A stretch of 64,000 nt of DNA from an uncultured Alphaproteobacteria bacterium (GTDB lineage: Bacteria; Pseudomonadota; Alphaproteobacteria; Rs-D84): positions 89,270 to 153,269 of the forward strand of contig CALXXV010000006.1 of assembly GCA_944392775.1 (NCBI GenBank), read 5' to 3'. This document shows, piece after piece, positions 47,852-57,613 of this stretch. The notes below the pieces were generated by a model. It saw only the letters and a list, made by a program, of their open reading frames with translations. It made no database searches and was not told where the DNA came from. The translations under genes and the position numbers were made by a program. The number at the start of each line of letters is the position of its first letter. Positions within the stretch are counted from its first letter, which is position 1.

Positions 47852-48875
47852 CTGGACAAGACTCTTTTATAAATTTACGTACTTTACAATGTAATTTTTT
47901 TGCCCACAAGGCAGGAGGATTATCCAAAGCACCTAATTTCTCAAGTTCACAGAAACGTTTTCTTGCGGCCTCTAAATCGGATTTATTGTCTAAATATTTT
48001 ATTTTTCTAAATGCCCATTTTATAAAATACCATTTAAATTTTTTAGACCATTGTTGCATCTGATAATCTGTTGCCTTTTCTTTATATAATAAATAAGCCT
48101 CTTTTATCCCATCGCACAAATTTTGCAAAATTCTTAGTTGCTTAGAAGACAAAACTATACCACCAAAATTCGGCACATAAAAATACAAAGGCAATGCACA
48201 AATTGTAACACTTGGACTTTTTAACATGACGGCACTCCACCATGGGAAGTCTTCAAAAAGTATGCCTTTAATAAAAGGAGTATCTTCTATCAAATCACGC
48301 CTATATAAATTTTTCCATACTTGACAATGTTTAATAAGCCACTTTTTTCTAGGGTTAAACGGATTATGTGCCCTTTCTGTAGAAAAAGCGAAAACATCGT
48401 CTGTAACAACGGTTTTTATTTTAGGAATATCATATTTTTTAAAAAACCTAGATGGAACGACTCCATCTGTATCAAGCCCCAACTTGTGTCTTATCATTAA
48501 TTGTGGCCTATATATACGATCATATGTAAAAGACACAATATCAGAATTATCATGTTTCGCTAGATAATAGGTTATTTCCAAAGTTTGCGGATGAATGAAA
48601 TCATCACTATCTAAATATAAGATATACTCGCCTTTTGCGACTTGCATACCGGCATTCCTAGCATCAGACAAACCGCCATTTTCTTTATTTACAATTTTAA
48701 ATCTATCATCTTTTGCTGCATATTCAGATAAAATGGCGGCAGACCCATCAGGACTGCCGTCATTTACACAAATTGCTTCCCAATCTGAAAAAGTCTGATT
48801 TAAAACGCTATCCAGACATCTACGCAAATATTTTTCTACGTTATATATAGGTATTATGACCGACACTGCTGGCAT
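47841..48875 (-). CDS. family 2 glycosyltransferase (paralog 1)
   Basis: The N-terminal approximately 110 aa are near-identical to the downstream paralog (IIPIYNVEKYLRRCLDSVLNQTFSDWEAICVNDGSPD...). Confidence 0.8.
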   Translation of the reverse strand: MPAVSVIIPIYNVEKYLRRCLDSVLNQTFSDWEAICVNDGSPDGSAAILSEYAAKDDRFKIVNKENGGLSDARNAGMQVAKGEYILYLDSDDFIHPQTLEITYYLAKHDNSDIVSFTYDRIYRPQLMIRHKLGLDTDGVVPSRFFKKYDIPKIKTVVTDDVFAFSTERAHNPFNPRKKWLIKHCQVWKNLYRRDLIEDTPFIKGILFEDFPWWSAVMLKSPSVTICALPLYFYVPNFGGIVLSSKQLRILQNLCDGIKEAYLLYKEKATDYQMQQWSKKFKWYFIKWAFRKIKYLDNKSDLEAARKRFCELEKLGALDNPPALWAKKLHCKVRKFIKESCPDVK

Positions 48876-48889
48876 AAATGCCTCCCTTA

Positions 48890-49798
48890 TTAGTCTTTAT
48901 ACATTTTATTTATCATAACATCTGCATAACTACCCGGTACTGGGTTATCTGTACCACGATATGTCAATTTTTGGAAAAAGGTTTCACCTGTAACTTGATC
49001 AAATATTTTTTGATCAAAAGGTTTATTTTGATATCCCCACCATAACATATGCGTAGGATCCTGATCAACATGTGGCATTTTTGCAAAATATTTTTTTGCC
49101 CGCGGATCGTTCAAAACTAATGTTTTAAATAATAACTGATGCATAAAATAATCAAAATTATGATTTTCATGGATCCAATAATCTAAAATCATTGCACGCC
49201 AAGCGTCTAATAAATAGGCCCCTTTTCTACTACGAATGAAACAATTTTGCATAAAACTATAAGGACTTCCTACATTTTTACCTGCTAAAAATACGAAAAA
49301 ATCCTGTTCAACAATCCAATCTGGAATTGGTCCTGTTGCAAAATCGGTAGAATCAAACCAAAAACCACCATAATTATATAATAATTCTACACGACAAATA
49401 TCAGCAAAATGAGCATTTTTTATCAAACCCTTTTTACGTTTTTCCATTATTACGTCAGGTAATTTAATATAATCAAACAATGTTTTTTCATCTAAAACGA
49501 CAAGCTCTTGCGTACAATTTTTTCTAATACTTCTAAAACACGCTTTGACTAAAGCCGGAGCGTTTTCTTCACCTTGCAACCATATTGTAAAAATTTTCTC
49601 GTTTCTATCGTTCTTTTCTACCTTTCTTTCAGTAATAGCAGCTGCTGCGGGCAAGTATCTTTTAAAATATCTTGGTATAACTTTTGATATTACATCACTG
49701 CGTATAGCACGACGTTTTATTCTATCTCGCCAGAACCAATTTAATACATGCCCGCGCAAAATTACATCAGACATAGCAATCATTTTTGCAAAATTCAT
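48890..49798 (-). CDS. capsular-polysaccharide-synthesis-family glycosyltransferase (Gly_transf_sug / DXD type)
   Basis: FTIWLQGEENAP...ADICRVELLYNYGGFWFDSTDF matches the sugar-binding DXD-region family (Och1/Caps_synth-like). Confidence 0.55.
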   Translation of the reverse strand: MNFAKMIAMSDVILRGHVLNWFWRDRIKRRAIRSDVISKVIPRYFKRYLPAAAAITERKVEKNDRNEKIFTIWLQGEENAPALVKACFRSIRKNCTQELVVLDEKTLFDYIKLPDVIMEKRKKGLIKNAHFADICRVELLYNYGGFWFDSTDFATGPIPDWIVEQDFFVFLAGKNVGSPYSFMQNCFIRSRKGAYLLDAWRAMILDYWIHENHNFDYFMHQLLFKTLVLNDPRAKKYFAKMPHVDQDPTHMLWWGYQNKPFDQKIFDQVTGETFFQKLTYRGTDNPVPGSYADVMINKMYKD

Positions 49799-49811
49799 GC
49801 AAACCCCTTTT

Positions 49812-50900
49812 TTACTGATCTTCTAGCACATCAACATCATTGACCTGATCATCATCAACAGGTCCTGTTGTCATTTCTTCCGCTATTCCACTAGCCTTTG
49901 CCATTATTTTTTCTAGTAATTCTTTCTGAACATCTTCATGTTCTTTTAACCACTGTCGCGCATTTGCCTCACCCTGCCCCATACGCTCGTCATTATAAGA
50001 ATAAAAGCTTCCAGCTTTTTCTATCAAATCGTATTTAACCCCCATATCCAATATCTCGCTTATACGAGAAATACCTTCACCATACATAATTTTAAAATCA
50101 ACCGTACGGAAAGGAGGCGCTACTTTATTTTTTACAATTTTTACTCTTGTTTCATTTCCAATAATATTTTCTTTCTCTTTTATTTGCCCTGTACGACGAA
50201 TATCCAGACGAACAGACGCATAGAATTTTAAAGCATTACCACCAGATGTAGTTTCAGGATTTCCGAACATTACCCCTATTTTCATACGGATCTGATTTAT
50301 AAATATAAGTAAAGTATTACTACGAGAAACACTACCAGCCAATTTTTTTAAAGACTGACTCATCAAGCGTGCCGTTGTTCCAACAAACGAATCGCCGATA
50401 TTTCCTTCCAACTCCGCCTTAGGCACCAATGCCGCGACAGAATCTATTACCACAACATCAACCGCACCAGATTTTATCAACGTATCTGCAATTTCCAATG
50501 CTTGCTCGCCAGAATCTGGCTGAGATATTATAAGATTTGCAACATCAACACCTAATTTTTTTGCATATGACGGATCAAGCGCATTTTCAGCATCTATATA
50601 TGCACAGGTTCCGCCTTTTTTTTGTGCCTCTGCTACAGCATGCAACGCCAAAGTTGTTTTTCCAGAACTTTCCGGTCCATAAATTTCAACGATACGACCG
50701 CGCGGATACCCACCAATTCCCAAAGCTATGTCTAACCCCAAAGACCCAGATGAAATAGCTTCTATATTTTGCTGACTACCATCCCCCATCTTCATAATGG
50801 CTTCTTTTCCAAATTGTTTTTGAATTTGTGCCAACGCCGATTCCAAAGCCGGATTTTTTGTTGATACGCTATTTTCTTTTGTGACTTCTTTTTTTGCCAT
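49812..50900 (-). CDS. recA: recombinase RecA
   Basis: MAKKEV...[12 protein letters not shown]...; ATG at 50898-50900 verified with a GGGGA SD. The listed start is TTG. Confidence 0.95.
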   Translation of the reverse strand: MAKKEVTKENSVSTKNPALESALAQIQKQFGKEAIMKMGDGSQQNIEAISSGSLGLDIALGIGGYPRGRIVEIYGPESSGKTTLALHAVAEAQKKGGTCAYIDAENALDPSYAKKLGVDVANLIISQPDSGEQALEIADTLIKSGAVDVVVIDSVAALVPKAELEGNIGDSFVGTTARLMSQSLKKLAGSVSRSNTLLIFINQIRMKIGVMFGNPETTSGGNALKFYASVRLDIRRTGQIKEKENIIGNETRVKIVKNKVAPPFRTVDFKIMYGEGISRISEILDMGVKYDLIEKAGSFYSYNDERMGQGEANARQWLKEHEDVQKELLEKIMAKASGIAEEMTTGPVDDDQVNDVDVLEDQ

Positions 50901-50988
50901 AAGAATCCCCTTTTCTTTTATCAAAATGATACAAGGAATTTAGCCTTCACGCAATGAAAATAAGCATGCACAAAAAAATTATAAAATA

Positions 50989-52173
50989 TTATTTTTTTAC
51001 AATTAAAACCATTGCCGCCAGCAAACCTATGACCGCCGTCACGAACCAAACTGCCGACGTTACCCCCATAGAAGCGATACACGCTGCACCAAAAATTGGT
51101 GCAACAATATTAGGGAAATTCACACTTGTCCTGAACACGCCATAAAATTTTGTCTGTTCTGATTTTTTAGCAGAATCGAAGAATAACAAATCATGAACAG
51201 ACTCCATCAAAGCCCCAGATATCTGCCACACAATGAATATTATCAATAAAGGAACACCGGTTACGACTGTTGCCAAGGCAGAGAAAAAGGCAAAAGACAC
51301 AAAACCTATAAACAGCCATAAACGCTTACCATATTTTTTAACTAATTTCGCCATCATTTCAGACAAAAACAAATACGGGATTATTCCTAACGTTAAAACC
51401 CAACCTAAGACGTCTTTTGAGAAACCGTTTTCTATAACAACTATTGGTACATATAAATATCGCATTGCCCGTAAAGAATAATAACCGAAATTTACTGCAT
51501 AAGCTCGTACCATTTCTGAATTAGAAAAGAACTGCACAGAATTTTTCCATAATGCCTTAAAAGTTCTTCTTGGATTAACAGGACGTAATTTTTTATCTTC
51601 TTGCACAACGCGAAAGAACCTAAAGAACACCCAACCCGCAAAGTATATCAAGGCAGACGCAAAAAAAGCGGCCCTATTACCAAAATAATTTGCAATTGAC
51701 ACAGCTATCATAGGTGCAAACAAAGCCCCTATATTCAACCATAAATGGTATCTAGAATTTAATTTTTCCATACCTATATTTTTTGAAAAATCTGACATAA
51801 ACAACGGTATAAGAACCCCGACCAAAGTAATTGCTATTCCTGTTGTATAATCTAGAATAATAAAAGTGCTTGTCCGAATCGAAAAACTCATCATAGCATA
51901 ACAAACTGCCAACATAATCATAACGAAGTAAAACACTTTTACTTTTGAAAACCGCCTAAATAATTCATTTGCAAAAAGGCCTACAATCATACAGAAAGCA
52001 GCATATACAGCCACATATATACCAACGATTGCAGAATTTTTAAAAATTTCTAATAAAACCAAAGAATATACTGCATTATAAATTCCGTCTGCGAACCCTG
52101 TAAACAACCCAAGGTTTGCAAACGAAAAACCGCTTATGCCATTTTTTACAGAAATATATTTATCTTTTGCCAT
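50989..52173 (-). CDS. MFS transporter
   Basis: 12 predicted TM helices in a 6+6 arrangement. Confidence 0.7.
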   Translation of the reverse strand: MAKDKYISVKNGISGFSFANLGLFTGFADGIYNAVYSLVLLEIFKNSAIVGIYVAVYAAFCMIVGLFANELFRRFSKVKVFYFVMIMLAVCYAMMSFSIRTSTFIILDYTTGIAITLVGVLIPLFMSDFSKNIGMEKLNSRYHLWLNIGALFAPMIAVSIANYFGNRAAFFASALIYFAGWVFFRFFRVVQEDKKLRPVNPRRTFKALWKNSVQFFSNSEMVRAYAVNFGYYSLRAMRYLYVPIVVIENGFSKDVLGWVLTLGIIPYLFLSEMMAKLVKKYGKRLWLFIGFVSFAFFSALATVVTGVPLLIIFIVWQISGALMESVHDLLFFDSAKKSEQTKFYGVFRTSVNFPNIVAPIFGAACIASMGVTSAVWFVTAVIGLLAAMVLIVKK

Positions 52174-52223
52174 ATCTAATATATTTTATCATAAAAAAGT
52201 ACAACCAACAAATTTTAAGGGAA

Positions 52224-52257
52224 CAAAAAAATCCGCCAATACGGCGGATAAAAAAAC
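52224..52257. terminator. rho-independent terminator downstream of secB (minus strand), A/T tracts on both sides
   Basis: AAAAAAATCCGCCAATACGGCGGATAAAAAAAC: 7-bp GC-rich stem and 5-nt loop. Confidence 0.7.
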
Positions 52258-52269
52258 GAGTTAAAAGAT

Positions 52270-52698
52270 CTACTTTTGTGCCTGTTTTTCTTCGTACAAT
52301 TTTGCAAAATCTACAGGCTGCATTACAAAAGTTGGGAAACCAGATTCACTAGTTAATCTTGCAATCAAAGCTCTAACAGCTGGGAATAATAAAGTTGGAA
52401 CATCGATTAACAATGTACGTTTTTTTGCCTCTTCATCTTTTTCTTCTTCCATTTGAACCAAACCAGAATAAGTAGATTCTATCAAGAAAATAGATTTTTC
52501 ACCCGCTTCCAATTTTGAATGTACTTTTGTTATCAGATCAACCATAAATAAATTATTTTCTGCACCTTTGATCTGCAAATCTATATTTATTTCTAGCTTT
52601 GCCTGACCATTATCTTGTTTAAAAAACAATTCAGGCACATTAGGGCTTTCAAAAGAAATATCTTTTAAAAACTGAGATATGATTTTAAATTTAGCCAT
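52270..52698 (-). CDS. secB: protein-export chaperone SecB
   Basis: MAKFKIISQFLKDISFESPN... SecB family. ATG at 52696-52698 verified. Confidence 0.85.
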   Translation of the reverse strand: MAKFKIISQFLKDISFESPNVPELFFKQDNGQAKLEINIDLQIKGAENNLFMVDLITKVHSKLEAGEKSIFLIESTYSGLVQMEEEKDEEAKKRTLLIDVPTLLFPAVRALIARLTSESGFPTFVMQPVDFAKLYEEKQAQK

Positions 52699-52803
52699 TA
52701 TATTTACTCCTTTTTGGCGGGATAAAAACCCATCTGGACTTAACACCCCATTTTATGATAATATAACATTATAAAAATATTTTACAAGTGGGGGGAAAAA
52801 CAA

Positions 52804-53907
52804 ATGTCGCATGCAATAAAAAGAGGTATTCAAAAAGGTATATTTGGAATAATATTGGCTTTTTCATTAACATCATGCGACTTATCTACACCAACCCACC
52901 AAGGAGATAACTCTGTAATTCCATCTAATTTAAAGAAAGTTTCTTATACTGAGCTTCCAGGTTGGGAAAATGATGACGTACGTTATGCACTGCAAGCCTT
53001 TAGGAACTCATGCAAAGCAAAGATTCAATATACAGGTCGCGTAATTCCGGACCGCGCGTTATTTGAAGAAAAATGCCGCATGTTACCAAGTTCCAGCGCA
53101 GACGTTGCAACCGTTCGTGCGTGGTTTGAATCTAACTTTCAACCGTACCAAGTTTATAATGATGAAGGGGGAAAACGTGGTACATATACGGGCTATTATT
53201 CTCCAATAATTCCTGCGTGTAGGACAAAAACCGCGCAATGTAACGAACCTTTAATGGGTATTCCAACAGATGGCAGAAATTATAAAGGCGTCGATAAAAA
53301 AACAATCGTAGAGAACCGCATCGGACGCGTTTTATATTGGGCAAACATAGTCGACGTACAAAACATTCAAATTCAAGGCAGCGGAATGTTACAACTAGAA
53401 GACGGAACCCCTGTAAAACTAAACTTTGCAGCAGTAAATGATATGCCATTTAAATCTATTGGGGAACAGCTTCGTAATCGTGGCATTAAACCAGATGGTG
53501 GCTATTCTGCAGATGCGGTCTGGACCTATTTAAAAAAGAACCCTTCACTTGCAAAAGAAGTAATTTACGCCAATCCTAGATATGTATATTTTTATGAATC
53601 TGTTCCACCAGATGTAATTGGTAAACTTGGCACTCCTTTATCAAAGATTCGTTCTATTGCGATGGACGACGATATTTATACATTAGGTATGCCAGTATAT
53701 ATAGATACAAATTTATCTGATGGACGCAGGTTCAGTCGTCTTATGATTGCCCAAGACACAGGCAGTGCAATACGTGGTTGGATACGTGCAGACATATTCT
53801 TTGGTAAAGGTGACGAAGCATATAAATTTGCACATGGCCAACACGCCCAAGGCCAAATGTTTATCTTGATGCCGAAAGAATATAGTTATGTCAAACCAAC
53901 GAAATAA
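52804..53907 (+). CDS. mltA: membrane-bound lytic murein transglycosylase A
   Basis: Lipoprotein signal (LTSCD) and the MltA family pattern including ...YVYFYE...GMPVYIDTN... with 3D-domain Asp residues. Confidence 0.8.
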   Translation: MSHAIKRGIQKGIFGIILAFSLTSCDLSTPTHQGDNSVIPSNLKKVSYTELPGWENDDVRYALQAFRNSCKAKIQYTGRVIPDRALFEEKCRMLPSSSADVATVRAWFESNFQPYQVYNDEGGKRGTYTGYYSPIIPACRTKTAQCNEPLMGIPTDGRNYKGVDKKTIVENRIGRVLYWANIVDVQNIQIQGSGMLQLEDGTPVKLNFAAVNDMPFKSIGEQLRNRGIKPDGGYSADAVWTYLKKNPSLAKEVIYANPRYVYFYESVPPDVIGKLGTPLSKIRSIAMDDDIYTLGMPVYIDTNLSDGRRFSRLMIAQDTGSAIRGWIRADIFFGKGDEAYKFAHGQHAQGQMFILMPKEYSYVKPTK

Positions 53908-54217
53908 ATTTGATCAGCGTTTGTCGCGCCCGCAAACCCTTGCCGGTGCTATGGGGGGGCTATTAAAAATATTTGGTATTCGGGCATCAGATTCTGACTT
54001 AATTGCTAGATGGTCTGAAATAATGGGTCCAGAAATTTCTAGCATTGCGACAATTGCTGCGATAAAGAAAACACGCAATAATAAGTTTAATATATCAATT
54101 AGACCAACGAATCCCGCATTTACACTTCAGTTATCTTACATGTCAGAAGAAATAAAAGAACGTATTAATAAATATTTTGGTCGTGACGCTATTGAAAAAA
54201 TAACATTTCGTAAATAA
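53888..54217 (+). CDS. DUF721 (DciA-like) protein
   Basis: 109 aa with the pattern L..A.G......G....L...W...vG..ia..t.....k...L.i.v.....a.eL......I...iN..fG...I..I.F. Confidence 0.5.
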   Translation: MSNQRNKFDQRLSRPQTLAGAMGGLLKIFGIRASDSDLIARWSEIMGPEISSIATIAAIKKTRNNKFNISIRPTNPAFTLQLSYMSEEIKERINKYFGRDAIEKITFRK

Positions 54218-54220
54218 AAA

Positions 54221-54247
54221 AATCGGCAAACGCCGATATTTTTATTT
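54221..54247. terminator. bidirectional rho-independent terminator (DUF721 gene / convergent small membrane-protein gene)
   Basis: AAAAAAATCGGCAAACGCCGATATTTTTATTT. Confidence 0.65.
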
Positions 54248-54520
54248 AATAAATTTTCTTTCCCACCATATAGCAATTGCGGGTACCAAAAAGAATACGA
54301 TTCCTGCCAACATCCATATTGCCAAGAAACTAATCGCAGAAACATAAAGATAAGGTAAAGAAATTCCTGTTATTCGAACTGCAAAATACATTAACGTCGG
54401 ACATAACGTCATAAGCCAAACCAAAACAACAAACAAAAAATTTATAAAAAAGGCACGAAAATAAATACGCTGTTTTGATAATAACTTCAAGTTACGCTTT
54501 TCTATACATTCTTTTTTCAT
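54242..54520 (-). CDS. small membrane protein (about 92 aa, 2 TM), hypothetical
   Basis: MKKECIEKRNLKLLSKQRIYFRAFFINFLFVVLVWLMTL... Located downstream of ruvC on the same strand. Confidence 0.35.
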   Translation of the reverse strand: MKKECIEKRNLKLLSKQRIYFRAFFINFLFVVLVWLMTLCPTLMYFAVRITGISLPYLYVSAISFLAIWMLAGIVFFLVPAIAIWWERKFIK

Positions 54521-54569
54521 GTCGTCTCCTTTGACTTTACACACATTATTATAACACAAAAGCAAAAAA

Positions 54570-55049
54570 TTATAAATCAAATTTACTCATATTCGTATGT
54601 GCCAAAGCTATAGCTATTGCATCACTTTCGTCTGGCGATTTCGGTTGTGCCGCAGGCAAAAGCATACGGACCATTTTATATACCTGATCTTTATCTGCAT
54701 GCCCTGCGGACGTTAAAGTTTTTTTTATTTTATTTGGTTCATATTCAAAAACAGGTATATTTTTATCTGCAACAGCCACAATTGCTGCAGCTCTTGCATG
54801 TCCTAATATAAGTGTTGTCTGGGGATTTTTATTTACAAAAGTAATTTCAATACTGCACTCATCCGGCAAAAATATTTCGCATAATTTAGAAACTTCTTTA
54901 AATATATATACTAACCTATTTGACAGGCACTCCATTTTAGGCGGTAAAATTACACCGCTAGCTATATATTTTCTGGTATTTCCCGAACTTTCTATAACCG
55001 CCCATCCGGTATGAATTAACCCAGGATCAATTCCTATAACACGAGTCAT
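54570..55049 (-). CDS. ruvC: crossover junction endodeoxyribonuclease RuvC
   Basis: MTRVIGIDPGLIHTGWAVIE..., RuvC catalytic acidic residues. Confidence 0.9.
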   Translation of the reverse strand: MTRVIGIDPGLIHTGWAVIESSGNTRKYIASGVILPPKMECLSNRLVYIFKEVSKLCEIFLPDECSIEITFVNKNPQTTLILGHARAAAIVAVADKNIPVFEYEPNKIKKTLTSAGHADKDQVYKMVRMLLPAAQPKSPDESDAIAIALAHTNMSKFDL

Positions 55050-55088
55050 CTAAAAAATCCTTATATATAATTATGCAAATAATATAAT

Positions 55089-55117
55089 TAAAAAATGTCG
55101 CAAATGCGACATTTTTA
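55089..55117. terminator. rho-independent terminator between the secreted-protein gene and ruvC
   Basis: AAAAAATGTCGCAAATGCGACATTTTTATAA: 8-bp stem and 2-3-nt loop. Confidence 0.6.
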
Positions 55118-55125
55118 TAATTCAT

Positions 55126-55818
55126 TTATTTTCTTAAACGTATTTCATAACTATCATCTGTATATTTAATCGTAGTCCAATTAGATTGATCACAATATAA
55201 CCTCATATCTCGATCCAAATATTTAGTATTATTGACAAAATCACATTCTAACTTCGGTTCCGGATAACAAAAAATTTGAAATCCTCCAGTTTTACAATAT
55301 TTGCTTACAATATAACCACTTAACAGCCTTCCAAAACTTGTATTCGGCATAGCATTTCCAACAGCCGGGTTATACTTATAAACAATATCATAAATATCAT
55401 CTTTATGAATTTCTTCTTCTACAGCATTATTTTCTTCTACTAATTGTTCTTTATTTTTACCTATAGCACTTTCAAATACATCAAATACCGTATTTATACA
55501 CATATTGACATATTCATTATTTTCATCACTGACACTTTTTATTTTCAAAAGAAACGTATAACAATTCAGGCCTAAATTATACATCGATATTTTTATACTA
55601 TTTACTTCTTCATCGTAATATCCAGAAGAAATCAGAAACTTTATAAACAAATCCCTTTCTTCTTCAGAAAAAACATTAAGCATCGGCAAAGCCAAATCAT
55701 TCCACATAATATAATATTCTGTATCTTTAGTGAAATTATCGTTATAATTTTGATCTTCAGCAAAAGAAGGCATTATAAAGACAAAAAAAGATAAAAAATA
55801 AACCAATAGTTTTTTCAT
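55126..55818 (-). CDS. secreted Cys-rich hypothetical protein
   Basis: The start MKKLLVYFLSFFVFIMPSFA is a signal peptide. The mature protein of about 210 aa has 8 Cys (CYTF, MCINT, KYCKTGGFQIFCYPEPKLECDF, LYCDQ). Its ATG overlaps the upstream stop (ATGA). Confidence 0.5.
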   Translation of the reverse strand: MKKLLVYFLSFFVFIMPSFAEDQNYNDNFTKDTEYYIMWNDLALPMLNVFSEEERDLFIKFLISSGYYDEEVNSIKISMYNLGLNCYTFLLKIKSVSDENNEYVNMCINTVFDVFESAIGKNKEQLVEENNAVEEEIHKDDIYDIVYKYNPAVGNAMPNTSFGRLLSGYIVSKYCKTGGFQIFCYPEPKLECDFVNNTKYLDRDMRLYCDQSNWTTIKYTDDSYEIRLRK

Positions 55819-56768
55819 TTCAAAGCCTCCTCGCATTCATCTGCAATATCAACAATATTTTTTATTGCGTTTATTTGTGTTGCGTTAAACACTGTTGCGG
55901 TTAAAGAAGCCGCTGTGGTTGCCCCACTTAAAATATTTGACGCAGTATTTAAATTTTCCCTACGCGTATCATCAAAATCTTTTTTACTATTAGCAACACC
56001 AGATGTAATAGTTCCCGTCAATCCTGTAACAGATCCAACAGCACTAGAAATTTTTGCCCCCTCTGCACGCTTATTTATAACCGATAAATCTGCTGTTTCA
56101 AAAGCCCCGCAAGCAGAAATTATTTTATCTGCAGCCGCCACCTGTATATTCGACGCTTTACCGGTAATATGGTCTTGCATTTTTGCGCTTTTCAAAACAT
56201 TTATAGAATCTATACAATTTTGGATTTTATCGCCTAAATCTCCTTCTGTATTATTCTTACTTGCTATAACAGCACCTGCAATATTAGATACCGTACCTGT
56301 TGCTAATAAACCCGTACGAACGTTCCCCAGTGTTTTCGATTTTTCTTTTTCCTTTTCAATAAGCGCGTCTATATTATCTTTACCGTTTGTATTTTTAGCA
56401 TTATTACCAGCGCCCTGCAATATATCACTTACCAACTCATCTTTATCAACATTACTTAAATCTACTGACAATTGATTATTGTTATTATTAGCATTAGAAG
56501 ATTTATATTCCTGCAATAAAGCTTCTAAATTATCATCAACATTTGCTTTTACAATTCCCGAAGCTGTTGCACCAACACCTGCGACTGTACCAACAGCAGT
56601 TACGGCCGTATTTATTCCTGCCATTTTTTTAAGATCGTCCATTCTAGCAGAAATTCCTAAACAATTTACCCGTGCCGCATTCAATGCAACATCTAAAGAA
56701 CTTATTTCTTCAGCGGAAGCTGAAAAAAACGAACAAAAAGCAAAAACAATAAAATAAAAACGTTTCAT
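55815..56768 (-). CDS. secreted Ala/Gly/Thr/Asn-rich hypothetical protein
   Basis: Signal peptide MKRFYFIVFAFCSFFSASA and a low-complexity mature region (TAVTAVGTVAGVGATASG, NANNNNNQ). Confidence 0.5.
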   Translation of the reverse strand: MKRFYFIVFAFCSFFSASAEEISSLDVALNAARVNCLGISARMDDLKKMAGINTAVTAVGTVAGVGATASGIVKANVDDNLEALLQEYKSSNANNNNNQLSVDLSNVDKDELVSDILQGAGNNAKNTNGKDNIDALIEKEKEKSKTLGNVRTGLLATGTVSNIAGAVIASKNNTEGDLGDKIQNCIDSINVLKSAKMQDHITGKASNIQVAAADKIISACGAFETADLSVINKRAEGAKISSAVGSVTGLTGTITSGVANSKKDFDDTRRENLNTASNILSGATTAASLTATVFNATQINAIKNIVDIADECEEALK

Positions 56769-56846
56769 AAAAACAGCCCTTTTATTTATAATAAAAATTA
56801 TATCATAAAAAGGCTGTAAAAAAACATATAAAATTATTATATTCAG

Positions 56847-57563
56847 TTATGCAGCAGCAGTAAATACTTTCTGAACATCTTCATTATCATCCAAAGCATC
56901 TACTAATTTTTCTATTTTTGCATAAGCTTCATCATCCAAATTCATAGGCATGTTCGGAATCCAAGTTAATTCTGCACTTTCTGGTTCACCCAATTTATCG
57001 CTTAGAACTTTTTGAACATTCATAAAATCATCCGGCTTTGTCGTAATGATAAAACCTTCTTCAGAAGTTTCTAAATTATCTGCATTTGCATCCATAATTA
57101 TTTCCATCATTTCATCTTCCGTTTTACCAATAGATGCAGGATAGAAAATCTGCCCAGCGCGAGTAAACATAAATACAACGCTACCCTCTTCGCCCATATT
57201 TCCACCATTTTTAGCAAATATATTACGAACCTCTGGAACGGTACGACGTGGGTTATCGGTCAAAGCCTCTACAATAACAGGAACAGCACCCGGACCATAA
57301 CCTTCGTAACGTACAGCAACATAGTTTTCTGTATTAGCACCAGAAGCCTTTTCAATTGCACGTTTAATATTGTCATTCGGCATAGAGTTTTTACGAGCAT
57401 TCAAAACCGCCAAACGCAAACGAGGGTTATTATCAGGGTTCTTATCCCCCAACTTTGCTGCCATTGTAATTTCACGTGCTAACTTCGTAAACAATCCGCT
57501 ACGAGCAGCATCATTTGCACCTTTTTTGTGCTGAATATTATGCCATTTACTGTGTCCACTCAT
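56847..57563 (-). CDS. yebC: YebC/PmpR family DNA-binding transcriptional regulator
   Basis: MSGHSKWHNIQHKKG... YebC family. Confidence 0.9.
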   Translation of the reverse strand: MSGHSKWHNIQHKKGANDAARSGLFTKLAREITMAAKLGDKNPDNNPRLRLAVLNARKNSMPNDNIKRAIEKASGANTENYVAVRYEGYGPGAVPVIVEALTDNPRRTVPEVRNIFAKNGGNMGEEGSVVFMFTRAGQIFYPASIGKTEDEMMEIIMDANADNLETSEEGFIITTKPDDFMNVQKVLSDKLGEPESAELTWIPNMPMNLDDEAYAKIEKLVDALDDNEDVQKVFTAAA

Positions 57564-57613
57564 ATTTGACCTTTTAATTTTATTAGATTAGAATTACCCC
57601 AAAAGGATAACAA

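Larger units (their letters stand above)
46826..48875 (-). repeat. tandem duplication of GT2 glycosyltransferase genes (about 80% nt identity over the 5' ~330 nt, diverged 3' halves)
   Basis: Direct comparison of 47,500-47,850 with 48,530-48,875 on DNA and protein. Confidence 0.7.

Noticed and set aside
56470-56503. AAT/AAC-rich run encoding NANNNNNQ in the secreted protein
   Set aside because: The repeat is not a perfect tandem (ttattgttattatt), so slipped-strand phase variation is unlikely. Homopolymer A/T tracts of 8-10 nt (for example at 7446-7454 and 29513-29522) are expected background in an AT-rich genome.
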